Virus record (IMG/VR): IMGVR_UViG_3300022921_000003
Strand: one strand, 5' to 3'
DNA length: 64,000 nt
Source: an uncultured virus (IMG/VR IMGVR_UViG_3300022921_000003)
Lineage: Duplodnaviria > Heunggongvirae > Uroviricota > Caudoviricetes
The position numbers and the translations under genes are program-made. Position 1 is the first letter of the stretch; the number at the start of each line of letters is the position of its first letter. The notes beneath the pieces were generated by a model that saw only the letters and a program-made list of their open reading frames with translations, was not told the origin of the DNA and made no database searches. This document shows positions 29,931-39,189 of this stretch, piece after piece.

Positions 29931-31727
29931 ATGGCACAAGACGATTTAGAATTTATTAGAGCAGTTAGAGCACTAGATGAAGCATCTAAAAGATTAAATG
30001 CGGGTGCTGACAAATTGTTTGATGGTCAAAAACTGACTGATAAGGTCTTTGATAAATTTGGTCTTGGTCAAGCAAGAGATTTCCAGAAGAAGGCAAGTGA
30101 GTTTCTTAATCAGAGAAAACTTAGAAGAGAACAAGAACGTGAAGTTCGTCAAAGATTGGGTGGTAAAGACCCAATCAGTAAGGCAACATTCAAACAACTC
30201 AAAAAAGAAGCAGAACTCACAAAGAAGAAAGAGGCAGTTGATGCTGCATTCAAGAGTTTTGTGGAAACTAATCTAGGACTGAACGAGCAACTTCTAGATG
30301 AGATACGTTATAGACAAAATCTTAAGGAAGACAGGGCGGGTAATCTTAGGGGTGAAAAGGGAAGGTTTGTATCTACACCAGAGAATTTTCTTAAGAAAAC
30401 AGTAGATGAGTCAGCGTTCAACAGACAATTTGTTGATAAGATGGGTTTTGCAAAACAAAACATAGATGCTAAAAGTCCCGGCGACAAGAACCGTGCTGCT
30501 GAAGAAGAGCGAAGAAGTGACCAACAAGCATTTGAAATGGAAAAGACTGAGAGTACCAATGAGATTCTCAGAGATATCCTTGCAGCATTAACTGATAATT
30601 CACCACTCAAAAAAGACAAGAAAAACAACAGTGGTCTTCTTGCGGGATTAGGTGCGGGTGCAGGATTGGCAAACTTACTTAAAAGTCTTGGTAAACTAGG
30701 TAAATTTCTCCTCTTAGGTAGTCCCCTGTTGCTAGGATTAGGTGCTCTCACATACGGACTCTCTGAACTAAGTGACATGGCAGACAAGGTTACTAAAGAG
30801 GTTGTTAATAATACAAAAAAACAAACAAATGCAATTGAGGAGGCAAAGACCGCAAAGCAAGCACAGGAAGCAATAGTAGGGAAAGAGAATCGAAAACTTG
30901 AACAAGAGCGGAAACGACAGCGTGACACGATCACAAGCAAAGCAGAAACGGAAGCTCTACTTCAATCAGGTGCAGATAGGGGGAAAGCAACACTTGAGGC
31001 AGCAGAGAAATTTGAATTCGTTAAAAATTCACAATCCTTTAACGATATAATTAAAAATACTGCAATGGTGCTTAACGCAGCAAGAGACGCATCAATCAGA
31101 GATGGTAATACCATTGAGGCAAGATACGCATCATTTGATAAAGTTCTTGCAGAGACAATTGTAAAGATTAAAGGGTCTAAGACATTTTTGGATGCAGATG
31201 AAAAGACTCAAGATTTTATGATTCAACAGGTGGTCGCACAGGCAAACAAGGCACTTGTTGGTGCAGGCAATAAAAGTGTTTTACTCTCTGGTCTAGACCC
31301 AGAAGCAATGAAGGGTCAGGCAGCAATAGAAACCAAAAGGGCAAGGGCCATGGCTGCGTTAGTGGGCGGTAGAGGTAAGTTTGCAGAAGAAGGGTTTGGG
31401 TATCTTAGTGATCAACTTGGTGGTGGTCGTAATATATTCTCAAAAAGTCAGGTAGAATCACTGGAAGCAAGAGTCGCAGAAGCAAGAAAAGATGCAGAGA
31501 AGGAAACTTGGTACGAAAGGAATATTGGTTCTAATCAAGGTGATATTGATAAGTTAAATACTCTCACACAAGAGTTGGCAAGATTGAGAGATGCAATTGC
31601 AACAGTTGGTAGTAATACAGTTGTTGCACCAAACAATAGCGTAAACACTGTTAACAATAGCAGTGCAACTGTATCCACACCAATTCATATAACTGATCCA
31701 AATACAGAGTATCAGAGATCGCATTAA
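29931..31727 (+). CDS. Putative tape-measure/baseplate hub protein (gp29-like position)
   Basis: 598-aa helical protein after gp26-gp51, central hydrophobic Gly/Leu segment, C-terminal NTVVAP/NN motif. Confidence 0.55.
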   Translation: MAQDDLEFIRAVRALDEASKRLNAGADKLFDGQKLTDKVFDKFGLGQARDFQKKASEFLNQRKLRREQEREVRQRLGGKDPISKATFKQLKKEAELTKKKEAVDAAFKSFVETNLGLNEQLLDEIRYRQNLKEDRAGNLRGEKGRFVSTPENFLKKTVDESAFNRQFVDKMGFAKQNIDAKSPGDKNRAAEEERRSDQQAFEMEKTESTNEILRDILAALTDNSPLKKDKKNNSGLLAGLGAGAGLANLLKSLGKLGKFLLLGSPLLLGLGALTYGLSELSDMADKVTKEVVNNTKKQTNAIEEAKTAKQAQEAIVGKENRKLEQERKRQRDTITSKAETEALLQSGADRGKATLEAAEKFEFVKNSQSFNDIIKNTAMVLNAARDASIRDGNTIEARYASFDKVLAETIVKIKGSKTFLDADEKTQDFMIQQVVAQANKALVGAGNKSVLLSGLDPEAMKGQAAIETKRARAMAALVGGRGKFAEEGFGYLSDQLGGGRNIFSKSQVESLEARVAEARKDAEKETWYERNIGSNQGDIDKLNTLTQELARLRDAIATVGSNTVVAPNNSVNTVNNSSATVSTPIHITDPNTEYQRSH

Positions 31728-31760
31728 AAATAAAGGGGGGAACCACATTCCCCCCTTTAC
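31726..31760. terminator. Bidirectional intrinsic terminator
   Basis: TAAAGGGGGGAA-CCACA-TTCCCCCCTTTA hairpin between convergent genes. Confidence 0.8.
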
Positions 31761-31764
31761 TCAG

Positions 31765-32670
31765 TTACTCGTTTGCGAGTTTTTCAAAATAAGACATTGC
31801 ATCATCGTCGTCTTCCTCTGACACAGTAGGTGCTGGTGCATCCTTAAAGAACTCTGGTGCAGGAGCAGTATCAACCTTTGGTTCTGCAACTGGTGCATCT
31901 TCCATAATATCTACTGCCTTACCAACTGTTACTGTACCGGCAAGAACTGCATCGAGCCGTGCCTTAAGTTCGTCATATGACTTAAAGGCAGAAGGTGCAG
32001 TGAAGTCAGCAAGTGAATGCTCCGTCTTCCACAGTGCCTCAATCTCCTCATCATTGTCGAACAGGGCAGATGGGTCTGCAAACTCTGACTTGTCATAGTT
32101 CCAGTATCCATCTACCTTGCGAAGCTTCAACTTGAAGTTCGCACCTTCCCAGAAGTCAAAGGGGTTGACAGGAGTTTCATCTTGGAATGCGGGCTGCATT
32201 GCCTCCATGATCTTGTCGAAGATTTTCTTACCGTAACGGTAGAGGAAAATCTTACCCTCGTTCTGAGGATTTGCAGGGTCTTCTACAACATAGATGTTGG
32301 AGTAGTACTGCAACTTACGCTTCTGCTTCCGTGCAATCTCCTTATCGGACTCAACACCTGAGTTCCAGAGTTTGGAGTTGTACTCTGACACAGGGTCATT
32401 CTGACCCACAGTGGTGAGAGAGTTCTCAATGTACCACTGACCTGTTGGACCTTGGAACGCATGGTTCCAGACCTTTGCCCAAGGCATGTCCTCACCCTCT
32501 GGTGCGGGAAGGAAACGAATGACTGCGTATCCGTTACCAGACTTATCCATGACTGGCTTCCAGAGACGTTCATCAACGTAAGACTTCTTTTCTTGAGGGG
32601 CAGACTCTTTCTGGGCAGCACCCAGCAGTGAGTCAAGACTGTTCTGTTTCTTCAATGCCGCAAGTGACAT
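31765..32670 (-). CDS. gp32: Single-stranded DNA-binding protein gp32
   Basis: D.SGNGYAVIRFLP, WYIENS, PFDFWEGANF, NYDKSEF; acidic tail. Confidence 0.96.
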   Translation of the reverse strand: MSLAALKKQNSLDSLLGAAQKESAPQEKKSYVDERLWKPVMDKSGNGYAVIRFLPAPEGEDMPWAKVWNHAFQGPTGQWYIENSLTTVGQNDPVSEYNSKLWNSGVESDKEIARKQKRKLQYYSNIYVVEDPANPQNEGKIFLYRYGKKIFDKIMEAMQPAFQDETPVNPFDFWEGANFKLKLRKVDGYWNYDKSEFADPSALFDNDEEIEALWKTEHSLADFTAPSAFKSYDELKARLDAVLAGTVTVGKAVDIMEDAPVAEPKVDTAPAPEFFKDAPAPTVSEEDDDDAMSYFEKLANE

Positions 32671-32705
32671 ATCTTTCTCCTTATGTTAACGTATGTTTTC
32701 GTATG

Positions 32706-33566
32706 TTAAAGTATATTTAATTTATCACAAAGACTGTTCTTTGTCAAGTAACTTAGATTATTAAATTTGCCGTGTTGGTCTGTTAGAAAAAACTCTTCTT
32801 GACCAAAGCGGTCAACAGGATCAACCCAATAGAATTTAACATCCTTATACTCTGTAAAAACAGTTTGCATCTGGTTAATCCAGTTAACTGGATTAAATCC
32901 TTTTGCATCACTTGACAGATAATTATCTGTCCCTTTATATATGTTGTTCAACGGCTCATCATATGACGATAGGTCAAACCCCACTATATAAACTTCATTC
33001 GCACCCTCTTGACAAGCAAGGTGTAGTGCGGTATTACCAGCAGACCACCCAACAGGGTAGTCAATACTATTTATTCCATCATCCTCTTTAACGTATGTAA
33101 TCCAAATGCCAACGTCCTTCTCCATCTTTGCACGAAGGTCTTTCATGTTGAGGTCTGGATTCATCTTCATTGCAACCTCAATCTTCTCCTGTAATGTAAC
33201 AGGGTCTTTACCTGAGATGACACATTGCTCTGTGTGGTTGCCCACCCTTTCTGTTTTGTGAATGAAAGACTCTGGTATGTCATATCCCATGAACATCATA
33301 TCTGCGATCTCGGCGGGGACAGGACTCCAGTTTGTAAAGTGAAACCTCATCGTGTCACCTGTAGTGAACTGGCCCTCTAATAAATCAGAAGTGTAAATCT
33401 CTTGTTGCATGGGGTAGTCTACTGCGACTAAATTATCCACCCACATATCACGATAGATTGCATTGCACCCCCAAGTAACTACGTCCTTATCATTTCTATC
33501 AAAAGTAGTAACATTCTCTGCCCACTTTCTAGACTCCCCGTTACCAAATACGACTGCTTTACTCAT
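32706..33566 (-). CDS. Conserved phage protein (MptE/Maf-like Rossmann fold)
   Basis: GNGESR, GCNAIYRD, AVD, GWSAG..A, GFD and NIYKGT motifs. Confidence 0.55.
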   Translation of the reverse strand: MSKAVVFGNGESRKWAENVTTFDRNDKDVVTWGCNAIYRDMWVDNLVAVDYPMQQEIYTSDLLEGQFTTGDTMRFHFTNWSPVPAEIADMMFMGYDIPESFIHKTERVGNHTEQCVISGKDPVTLQEKIEVAMKMNPDLNMKDLRAKMEKDVGIWITYVKEDDGINSIDYPVGWSAGNTALHLACQEGANEVYIVGFDLSSYDEPLNNIYKGTDNYLSSDAKGFNPVNWINQMQTVFTEYKDVKFYWVDPVDRFGQEEFFLTDQHGKFNNLSYLTKNSLCDKLNIL

Positions 33567-34224
33567 TCACAAATTCCTGTATCATGGGGAAGATGGGTGC
33601 AATTGCAACTGCACACTCTCTGGCAATCTCCATGTGTTCTTTCTGCGTTCCATGACCACTGCGAAGCTCGATGAAATGCACCCATGAACGAAGAGTACCA
33701 TTCATATACATGCGTGACATGGTAAGACCCTCTGGTAGAACTGCACGAGCCTGTTCTTTTGCAATACCCTTACTGATTGCCCAGTTGTATGCAGAACGTG
33801 CGTCCTCAATCACCATCTCCTGTAGAGTGTCCCATTCCTCTTGTAGTTTGGGGTCGTCAATCTCTACACTATTCTGACGGTTCTTCTCGTCCTGTAGACG
33901 AGCTTCTCTGGTAACGAATTCCAAATCCTTAGTCGGGTCTGCATAACGCTGACTGAACTCTTGAAAAGAGAACGAGCGGTGACGCAATACCTGTCGTCCA
34001 ATATCTCGTGTTGTCTCAATCTCAATACACGCACTAACCATCTCTAGAGGTGACCAGTGCTTGTGTTTAATAAGATATCTAACCAATTTCTCGGCGGTAT
34101 CTCTATTCAACTGATTAGAGGGATTAGATACACGGGCACAATATGCAATAAGGTCTTGTGCGGTATCTATACCAATGAACCCTTCTTTGGGTACTTGTGA
34201 ATGTGATATAAGTTTTACTGTCAT
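33559..34224 (-). CDS. thyX: FAD-dependent thymidylate synthase
   Basis: HWSPLE, RHRSFSFQEFSQRY signature, EQARAVLP, TQKEH. Confidence 0.95.
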   Translation of the reverse strand: MTVKLISHSQVPKEGFIGIDTAQDLIAYCARVSNPSNQLNRDTAEKLVRYLIKHKHWSPLEMVSACIEIETTRDIGRQVLRHRSFSFQEFSQRYADPTKDLEFVTREARLQDEKNRQNSVEIDDPKLQEEWDTLQEMVIEDARSAYNWAISKGIAKEQARAVLPEGLTMSRMYMNGTLRSWVHFIELRSGHGTQKEHMEIARECAVAIAPIFPMIQEFVNE

Positions 34225-34252
34225 TGTTATTTCAATAATTCCTCGTTTAGAA

Positions 34253-34328
34253 TGGTGCCGCTGAGAAGATTCGAACTCCTGACCCATTGATTACAAATCA
34301 ATTGCTCTACCAACTGAGCTACAGCGGC
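34253..34328 (-). tRNA. tRNA-Thr(UGU)
   Basis: GCCGCTG acceptor; anticodon arm ATTGA-TT-TGT-AA-TCAAT; GTTCGAATC T-loop; encoded CCA. Confidence 0.95.
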
Positions 34329-34337
34329 ACTCTCTCC

Positions 34338-34528
34338 CTACTTTCGGTTACGATTATCCCGATTGTTGTTTGGACGACGATTGTTACGCATCATCGCCAT
34401 TTCTGCAACTCTCTCTGAGAGTTCACCATTCTTCTTGGTGAGTTCTGCATTATCCCACTGCAATGCCTTCACAGTGTTCTGGAGTTCGGCAACCTTTGCC
34501 TCAAAAAAACCTTCAACACGATCCATCT
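34338..34528 (-). CDS. Small coiled-coil protein
   Basis: MDRVEGFFEAK...; SD GAGGAG. Confidence 0.6.
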
Positions 34529-35106
34529 CTGGACTCCTCAATTAATGTTAATAAACTTATCTTATACCTATTCTTGTCAATTGTCAAGAACCTTTTATAA
34601 TCATTCATAAATCTTTTTAGGTCAGGCCATACAATATCGTCCTCTAATAGTTTATCCCAATTGTCACTGAAAGATACTAACTCATCTAGAATGATGAGCG
34701 TCTCTAGTGATACACGCCCACCCAGAAACTCCTTGAGAAGTTTCGGGTGGTTGTGTTTCTTCACCTCAAACAGTGGTTCGAATTCCTTCACAAGTGGAGT
34801 CATCTCAACCACAAACATATCAAAAAAGTTACCCCGCTTCAACTTCCATGAGTTATAGTTCTCATCATTGAAGTTGGCGATGTAACCCTTCCTGTCCTTG
34901 ATGAAGTTGGACAGAAAGTAATTCTTGACTTCCTCTTCTGACTTATATTTTCTGGATAGACGCACGAAGAACCCACGGTCCTTGCGCTTATAGAATGTGT
35001 CTCTGGAAATGCGAGTCTTACCTTTGTACTTCACAAAGTCATAATCAGTCTTTCCAAAATGCGCCTTGAAGGCACAGTACATCAAATATATGTCAATCGG
35101 TTCCAT
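34513..35106 (-). CDS. gp59: Helicase loader gp59
   Basis: Y.A.K.HF....YDF.KY.GK, KRKDR.FF and HP.LL...L...VSLET. Confidence 0.88.
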   Translation of the reverse strand: MEPIDIYLMYCAFKAHFGKTDYDFVKYKGKTRISRDTFYKRKDRGFFVRLSRKYKSEEEVKNYFLSNFIKDRKGYIANFNDENYNSWKLKRGNFFDMFVVEMTPLVKEFEPLFEVKKHNHPKLLKEFLGGRVSLETLIILDELVSFSDNWDKLLEDDIVWPDLKRFMNDYKRFLTIDKNRYKISLLTLIEESRDGSC

Positions 35107-35239
35107 TACAGATACGCTTCGATACCCAATCAGTTAGAATGTTAGGAAATACCCCGTGAATAAAAAGAACAATACCCATTGACCACGCATGAAAGAGGTG
35201 TTTGAAATAGGTGGTGTTCTGTTCTTTAAGATGACTCAT
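35093..35239 (-). CDS. Small membrane protein (DUF6356-like)
   Basis: Hand-translated MSHLKEQNTTYFKHLFHAWSMGIVLFIHGVFPNIL...; H....TY..H...A...IHG.FP pattern. Confidence 0.55.
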   Translation of the reverse strand: MSHLKEQNTTYFKHLFHAWSMGIVLFIHGVFPNILTDWVSKRICNGTD

Positions 35240-35454
35240 ACGGGTAACTTAGCTGTTCTTGGTAAAAAATTTAGTTCCCTCGCATTTGCCTCAATCTTCT
35301 CTTTGAGACTTTTTGAGATAAGGTTCCCGACTGTATCGGGTTCGATGCCTTGTTTGTAACAATAATCTAGTACTGCCTCCATGTGGGTAATACCCTTTTC
35401 ATTAGCAATCCTTTCAATCTCAAGAGAGAAAGATTTAGCAGTGTTCAAAGTCAT
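35236..35454 (-). CDS. gp33: Late transcription coactivator gp33
   Basis: FS..IE......HMEAVL.YC...LISK.LKEKI...A..LNFLP. Confidence 0.88.
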   Translation of the reverse strand: MTLNTAKSFSLEIERIANEKGITHMEAVLDYCYKQGIEPDTVGNLISKSLKEKIEANARELNFLPRTAKLPV

Positions 35455-35467
35455 AAGTTCTCCTCTG

Positions 35468-35537
35468 GTAAAAAAAGTTGGGGGCTGACCGTGGACCCCC
35501 GCGAGACTATTTCTGGCGTCTAACCCCTATTATTTAG
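35468..35537 (-). ncRNA. Candidate small structured RNA / terminator
   Basis: CTAAATA promoter-like motif, hairpins AGAC/GTCT and GGGGG/CCCCC, then T6. Confidence 0.35.
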
Positions 35538-35905
35538 AAGGAATATCGAGTCTTCACTCCAATGGTCTTACCCTGTTCTGTAATGTCAGTATCAACATTG
35601 TAAGTACCATATGGTGTAATTGTGAAAGACTTGGTAATCTCCCAATCATACTTTAGTCCAACTTCAATAGTATCTACTTCGCTGTTGTCCCAATCATAAT
35701 TTGGAAGTAGGGAAAGAGTAAAACCCTTTGCACCTGCTTCGATACCAAACTCAGTGTTGGTGGTTTCACCGTCGATGTCATACTCTGTGTCAGTTACGAT
35801 TGCGAGGTCAACCATGTTCATTGGATTTGGTTTCTGTGGTTCATTAGCAAGAGCAGTAGATGAAATACCTAGTGCTGCTACTAGAGTGATGATTGTTTTA
35901 GTCAT
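35534..35905 (-). CDS. Small outer-membrane beta-barrel-like protein
   Basis: Signal peptide (..STALA), alternating beta-strand pattern, C-terminal GVKTRYSF. Confidence 0.55.
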   Translation of the reverse strand: MTKTIITLVAALGISSTALANEPQKPNPMNMVDLAIVTDTEYDIDGETTNTEFGIEAGAKGFTLSLLPNYDWDNSEVDTIEVGLKYDWEITKSFTITPYGTYNVDTDITEQGKTIGVKTRYSF

Positions 35906-35906
35906 G

Positions 35907-36140
35907 TTAGTCCTTTCTGTTGATGAACTCCTGTAGTTTCTCTGCTTGAGAGATAACTTCATCAGGATGGAACATCTTTGGAATGTACTGGTCGAAACTC
36001 TTGTACATTTCCTTGTTGTCTTCTGCTGCCTTCTCAAATGCTTTCCATGCCATAGTGGATGCAGTCTCATACTGTTTGTCAAGCATATCTTTTGCCATAG
36101 TCAGAAGATCAAGTCGAATCTCATAAGGTGTCTTAGCCAT
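35907..36140 (-). CDS. Conserved hypothetical phage protein
   Basis: PYEIRLDLL.MAKD...A..L..FI motif. Confidence 0.7.
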   Translation of the reverse strand: MAKTPYEIRLDLLTMAKDMLDKQYETASTMAWKAFEKAAEDNKEMYKSFDQYIPKMFHPDEVISQAEKLQEFINRKD

Positions 36141-36142
36141 GA

Positions 36143-36319
36143 TTACTCTCCCGCAAACTTTGCCATCTGACGTAGAGCAGCAGCCTCTTTGGGATACCCC
36201 TCACGTTCCATTTCAATTGCGGCACGAGTGTAACCATATGGTTGCATTTTTTTGAAAATACGATTGAACCAATCGCCAAGACCTGTTTCAAATGTTAGTG
36301 TGGAAACGATGAATGTCAT
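36143..36319 (-). CDS. Small hypothetical protein
   Basis: SD AAGGAG before ATG 36319; GY.RAA.E..R.GY..EA motif. Confidence 0.6.
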   Translation of the reverse strand: MTFIVSTLTFETGLGDWFNRIFKKMQPYGYTRAAIEMEREGYPKEAAALRQMAKFAGE

Positions 36320-36344
36320 TTCTTTCTCCTTGTGTTTGTGTGTG

Positions 36345-36610
36345 TTGGTGGGTGATTCTGTTGCTAGGACACCCACCGAAACCCCGACACTTACTGCTTA
36401 CGCAGCAAGGGCCATTGGTGCAAAATTATCGTTTGCATTTACTATAGTGGTCTATACGCGACCAACCGTGTAACTCCGAATTCCTATTAACTGCCCGTCG
36501 ATCCTAGTTCGCCCCCCTCAGAAACACACTCAGTAAATGTGCTTGTGGTGGAGGCGGCGGGTACTGCCCCCGCGTCCAGTACAGCGTTGAGTCATCATCA
36601 ACGTTACCTG
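36345..36610 (-). ncRNA. ssrA: Circularly permuted two-piece tmRNA
   Basis: Acceptor piece ending GCGGGGGCAGTACCCGCCGCCTCCACCA (3' end 36546) precedes coding piece starting GGGGGCGAACTAGGATCGAC (36516); tag 36436-36398 encodes ANDNFAPMALAA-stop. Confidence 0.92.
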
Positions 36611-36954
36611 TTATATATAACACTTTTTCCTTTGAGAGTCAAGGAACTTTTTGTCGCCTTATCCTTATTCACAAATTCCACATCTTTACCTGACCCAATA
36701 ATACATGCATTACCATTTGCAAAAGATTCAATGATGGTAATTCCAGTGTCTCCAACGTACATTAGATTGACAGTATTGTTATCGGGGTCAGACCAATACG
36801 CATATGGCTCTTCACCTAGATTTGTAACTGCACCCAGAACAATGTTTAACGGCGCACAGAGAACTGGTTTCTGCGTTTGAAAGAAAGATGGTGGTTCCTG
36901 TGCAAAGGTTGATGTGCTAAGCAGCAGTGCTGTTAGGAATGTTAGATACTTCAT
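36604..36954 (-). CDS. Secreted hypothetical protein
   Basis: Signal peptide; KPVLC and ACIIG.G motifs. Confidence 0.6.
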   Translation of the reverse strand: MKYLTFLTALLLSTSTFAQEPPSFFQTQKPVLCAPLNIVLGAVTNLGEEPYAYWSDPDNNTVNLMYVGDTGITIIESFANGNACIIGSGKDVEFVNKDKATKSSLTLKGKSVIYNR

Positions 36955-37624
36955 TACGTCTTCTCCATTCTGCAACGGATTCGACCAACGCATCTAGATA
37001 ATTGTTTTTGTCCTTAACAAACTCTTGAACAGTTCCGTCCTCTGTGACTACGAGAATAACTACCTGTGAGATTTCAATCCCTGTTCTCTCTCCGAACATC
37101 TCTGCGTATGCAGAGCCTTGAATGTAATAACTTTCATTCCAATCATCATTGCGTTCTTTAGAGGATGTCTTGAAGTCAATAATGGAAGGTGTTCCGTCAT
37201 ATTCTGCAATACAATCTACTCTGCCCGCTACTTTATATTTATCACTGTAAAGACCCGCCTCTTGTGCATAAATGTTATTTAATTTGTGCAATGCACCATC
37301 TTTTAGTTGATTGAACAGACACCAAGGTAGGAAGTTCTTCTTGTGTTCAATCCACTTTTCGGGAAAGTCACGATGCATATTGTTGAGGTAGTCTTCACAC
37401 ATCTGGTGAACCTTAGTACCTCTTGCTGCAGCAGTTCGTGCAACGTAGTTTGCAACATCGTTACCAACACGTTTACGCCATTCCATCAAACCCTGCTTGT
37501 TTCGTACAGATAGTACAGTAGTGATTGATGGGTACTTGTTACCATCTGGTGTTTCATAGAGACGAACACCATCCTTGTTTGTTGCAGATATAGTAGGCAA
37601 CTCTACTGGTTCATGATTAAACAT
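36917..37624 (-). CDS. PD-(D/E)XK exonuclease
   Basis: YPSITTVL, RGT.VH, AGRVDC and IIDFKTS, Q..AY. Confidence 0.88.
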   Translation of the reverse strand: MFNHEPVELPTISATNKDGVRLYETPDGNKYPSITTVLSVRNKQGLMEWRKRVGNDVANYVARTAAARGTKVHQMCEDYLNNMHRDFPEKWIEHKKNFLPWCLFNQLKDGALHKLNNIYAQEAGLYSDKYKVAGRVDCIAEYDGTPSIIDFKTSSKERNDDWNESYYIQGSAYAEMFGERTGIEISQVVILVVTEDGTVQEFVKDKNNYLDALVESVAEWRRRNEVSNIPNSTAA

Positions 37625-37633
37625 TATTAATTT

Positions 37634-37993
37634 CTATTCCTGCAATTCCCACATATTATTAGAATTATTAAAAATTCTAACTGTTCCATCTTCTCCTGTA
37701 GTTATGGAAGTTATACCAGAAGATACCAGGTAATTATTATATTCCGTCCGTGTCAATAGCCATGCAGGGTCGGGATTATCTCCACTAGGAAGATTTCCTA
37801 TATAATCTTCTTTAGAAGCCCAAACAAAAACAGTTGTTTGTACTAAACCATCGTCTGAATAAGTAGCATCTTCTATACTAACCTTTCCTGATGATTGTAA
37901 GTTCGCGTAACCATTTATTCCCAAATAGCTATTAGGCCATTCAATTGAAGTGTTAGGTCTTGTCATAACCCTTGTTACTGTATAAGTTGACAT
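37634..37993 (-). CDS. Hypothetical protein (late, possibly virion)
   Basis: AT-rich ORF; ATAAATA/CTAAATA motifs and SD GGAG upstream. Confidence 0.6.
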   Translation of the reverse strand: MSTYTVTRVMTRPNTSIEWPNSYLGINGYANLQSSGKVSIEDATYSDDGLVQTTVFVWASKEDYIGNLPSGDNPDPAWLLTRTEYNNYLVSSGITSITTGEDGTVRIFNNSNNMWELQE

Positions 37994-38024
37994 ATCTATT
38001 CTCCGTTTATCATGTATTTAGTAT

Positions 38025-38468
38025 TTATGATAATGATCGAATCCTCTCAACGAGTCGTTCTGCTCTTGCCCCTACTTGACGATACCAACGCGAGTCTACC
38101 ATCTGGTCTGCTGCTTCGTTCCAATCCCTTGCGTCTACACCCGCTTTCATACCCTTGAAGGCAGACAGACGAGGACGACCAAGATTGAACATCATGTTTG
38201 CAATCACTTGTTGAACTTCTTCTGGCAACTCATCGAAGTCTGGATAAAGGACGGCGCAGTCTGACAATACTGTTTGGACATCTTGCTCGAAGGCCTCAAT
38301 GACTCTATCGTCCGATACTGGTGTTCCGATGTCAGCACCATATTCGGGGTCAGACTCAAGAACCAGATGGCCAATGCCAAAAGTAGCATACCCAAGGTGA
38401 TCGTTATATAATTCATATACACATCCCTCGTCAATTTTAAGTTGTTCTCTAAGTTTTTCAATATCCAT
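38025..38468 (-). CDS. Phage lysozyme (GH24, T4 e-like)
   Basis: DEG....Y.D..G..T.GIGH catalytic motif; NM.FNLG; S.WY.QV..RA. Confidence 0.9.
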   Translation of the reverse strand: MDIEKLREQLKIDEGCVYELYNDHLGYATFGIGHLVLESDPEYGADIGTPVSDDRVIEAFEQDVQTVLSDCAVLYPDFDELPEEVQQVIANMMFNLGRPRLSAFKGMKAGVDARDWNEAADQMVDSRWYRQVGARAERLVERIRSLS

Positions 38469-39175
38469 TAGTCCATTCCTAGTCCCATTTTGATTTTGTT
38501 GATTAAATAGTTTCGTACAAATCCAGAGCGTACAATGTCTCCAATGCTGAACTCTGTACAGTTAAATTCGTCCATCTCTTCCAGAATGCGAAGGAAGTCA
38601 TGTAGTCCATTCCTGTCATTCGTTCTCTGTAAATCACTCTGGTCAAAGTCACCACAGAACACGATACGAGAGTCTTGCCCAATACGAGTGATGATTGTAT
38701 CCAGTTCGTGGAAGTTCATGTTTTGACATTCATCTACTATAACAATAGAGTTATCAAATGTCAACCCTCTTAGGAAAGAAGTTGACAAAAAGTAGAGTGA
38801 ACCCTGACCCTTTAGACGATCATACAAATTATTGAATGACTGTTCGTTTGGCATCTCAAACATGAACTGAACCATGTTCTGATACGGCACCTGATACAGT
38901 GCAGACTTATCTTCCTCATCGCCGGGAAGGAACCCAATCTCTCTTGTTGGAATGAGAGAACGGACGATAATGACTCGTTCGTACTTGGACTTCAAATCGA
39001 GAACTGAGTTGAGTGCGAGATAGAGTGATGCAAAGGTCTTACCTGTTCCTGCCGCACCAAATAGGAATTGGTTTTTACCCTTATTCCATGTATCAAACAC
39101 AACTTTCTGACTGTCTGTAATGGGTTTGACAGTTACGAGTTGGGAATGATTGATTTCTTTATTCTTACTGGCCAT
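38468..39175 (-). CDS. phoH: PhoH-like ATPase
   Basis: GAAGTGKT, IGFLPG, RGLT, DECQN, TRIG, GD..QSDL. Confidence 0.95.
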   Translation of the reverse strand: MASKNKEINHSQLVTVKPITDSQKVVFDTWNKGKNQFLFGAAGTGKTFASLYLALNSVLDLKSKYERVIIVRSLIPTREIGFLPGDEEDKSALYQVPYQNMVQFMFEMPNEQSFNNLYDRLKGQGSLYFLSTSFLRGLTFDNSIVIVDECQNMNFHELDTIITRIGQDSRIVFCGDFDQSDLQRTNDRNGLHDFLRILEEMDEFNCTEFSIGDIVRSGFVRNYLINKIKMGLGMD

Positions 39176-39189
39176 AACAATCCTTTAGA

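Noticed and set aside
34225..34287. N-terminal extension of thyX overlapping tRNA-Thr
   Set aside because: The extension is translated tRNA sequence with no SD; ThyX homology begins at MTVKLI (34224). It is not bracketed by protein-like sequence, unlike 46936-47376.
36320..36473. ORF extensions 36143-36376 and 36252-36473 overlapping tmRNA
   Set aside because: The real start is ATG 36319 with AAGGAG; the rest is tmRNA sequence.
36917..37624. Cas4 / CRISPR adaptation gene
   Set aside because: Ordinary T4-like PD-(D/E)XK exonuclease next to phoH; lacks the Fe-S cysteine set and has no array.
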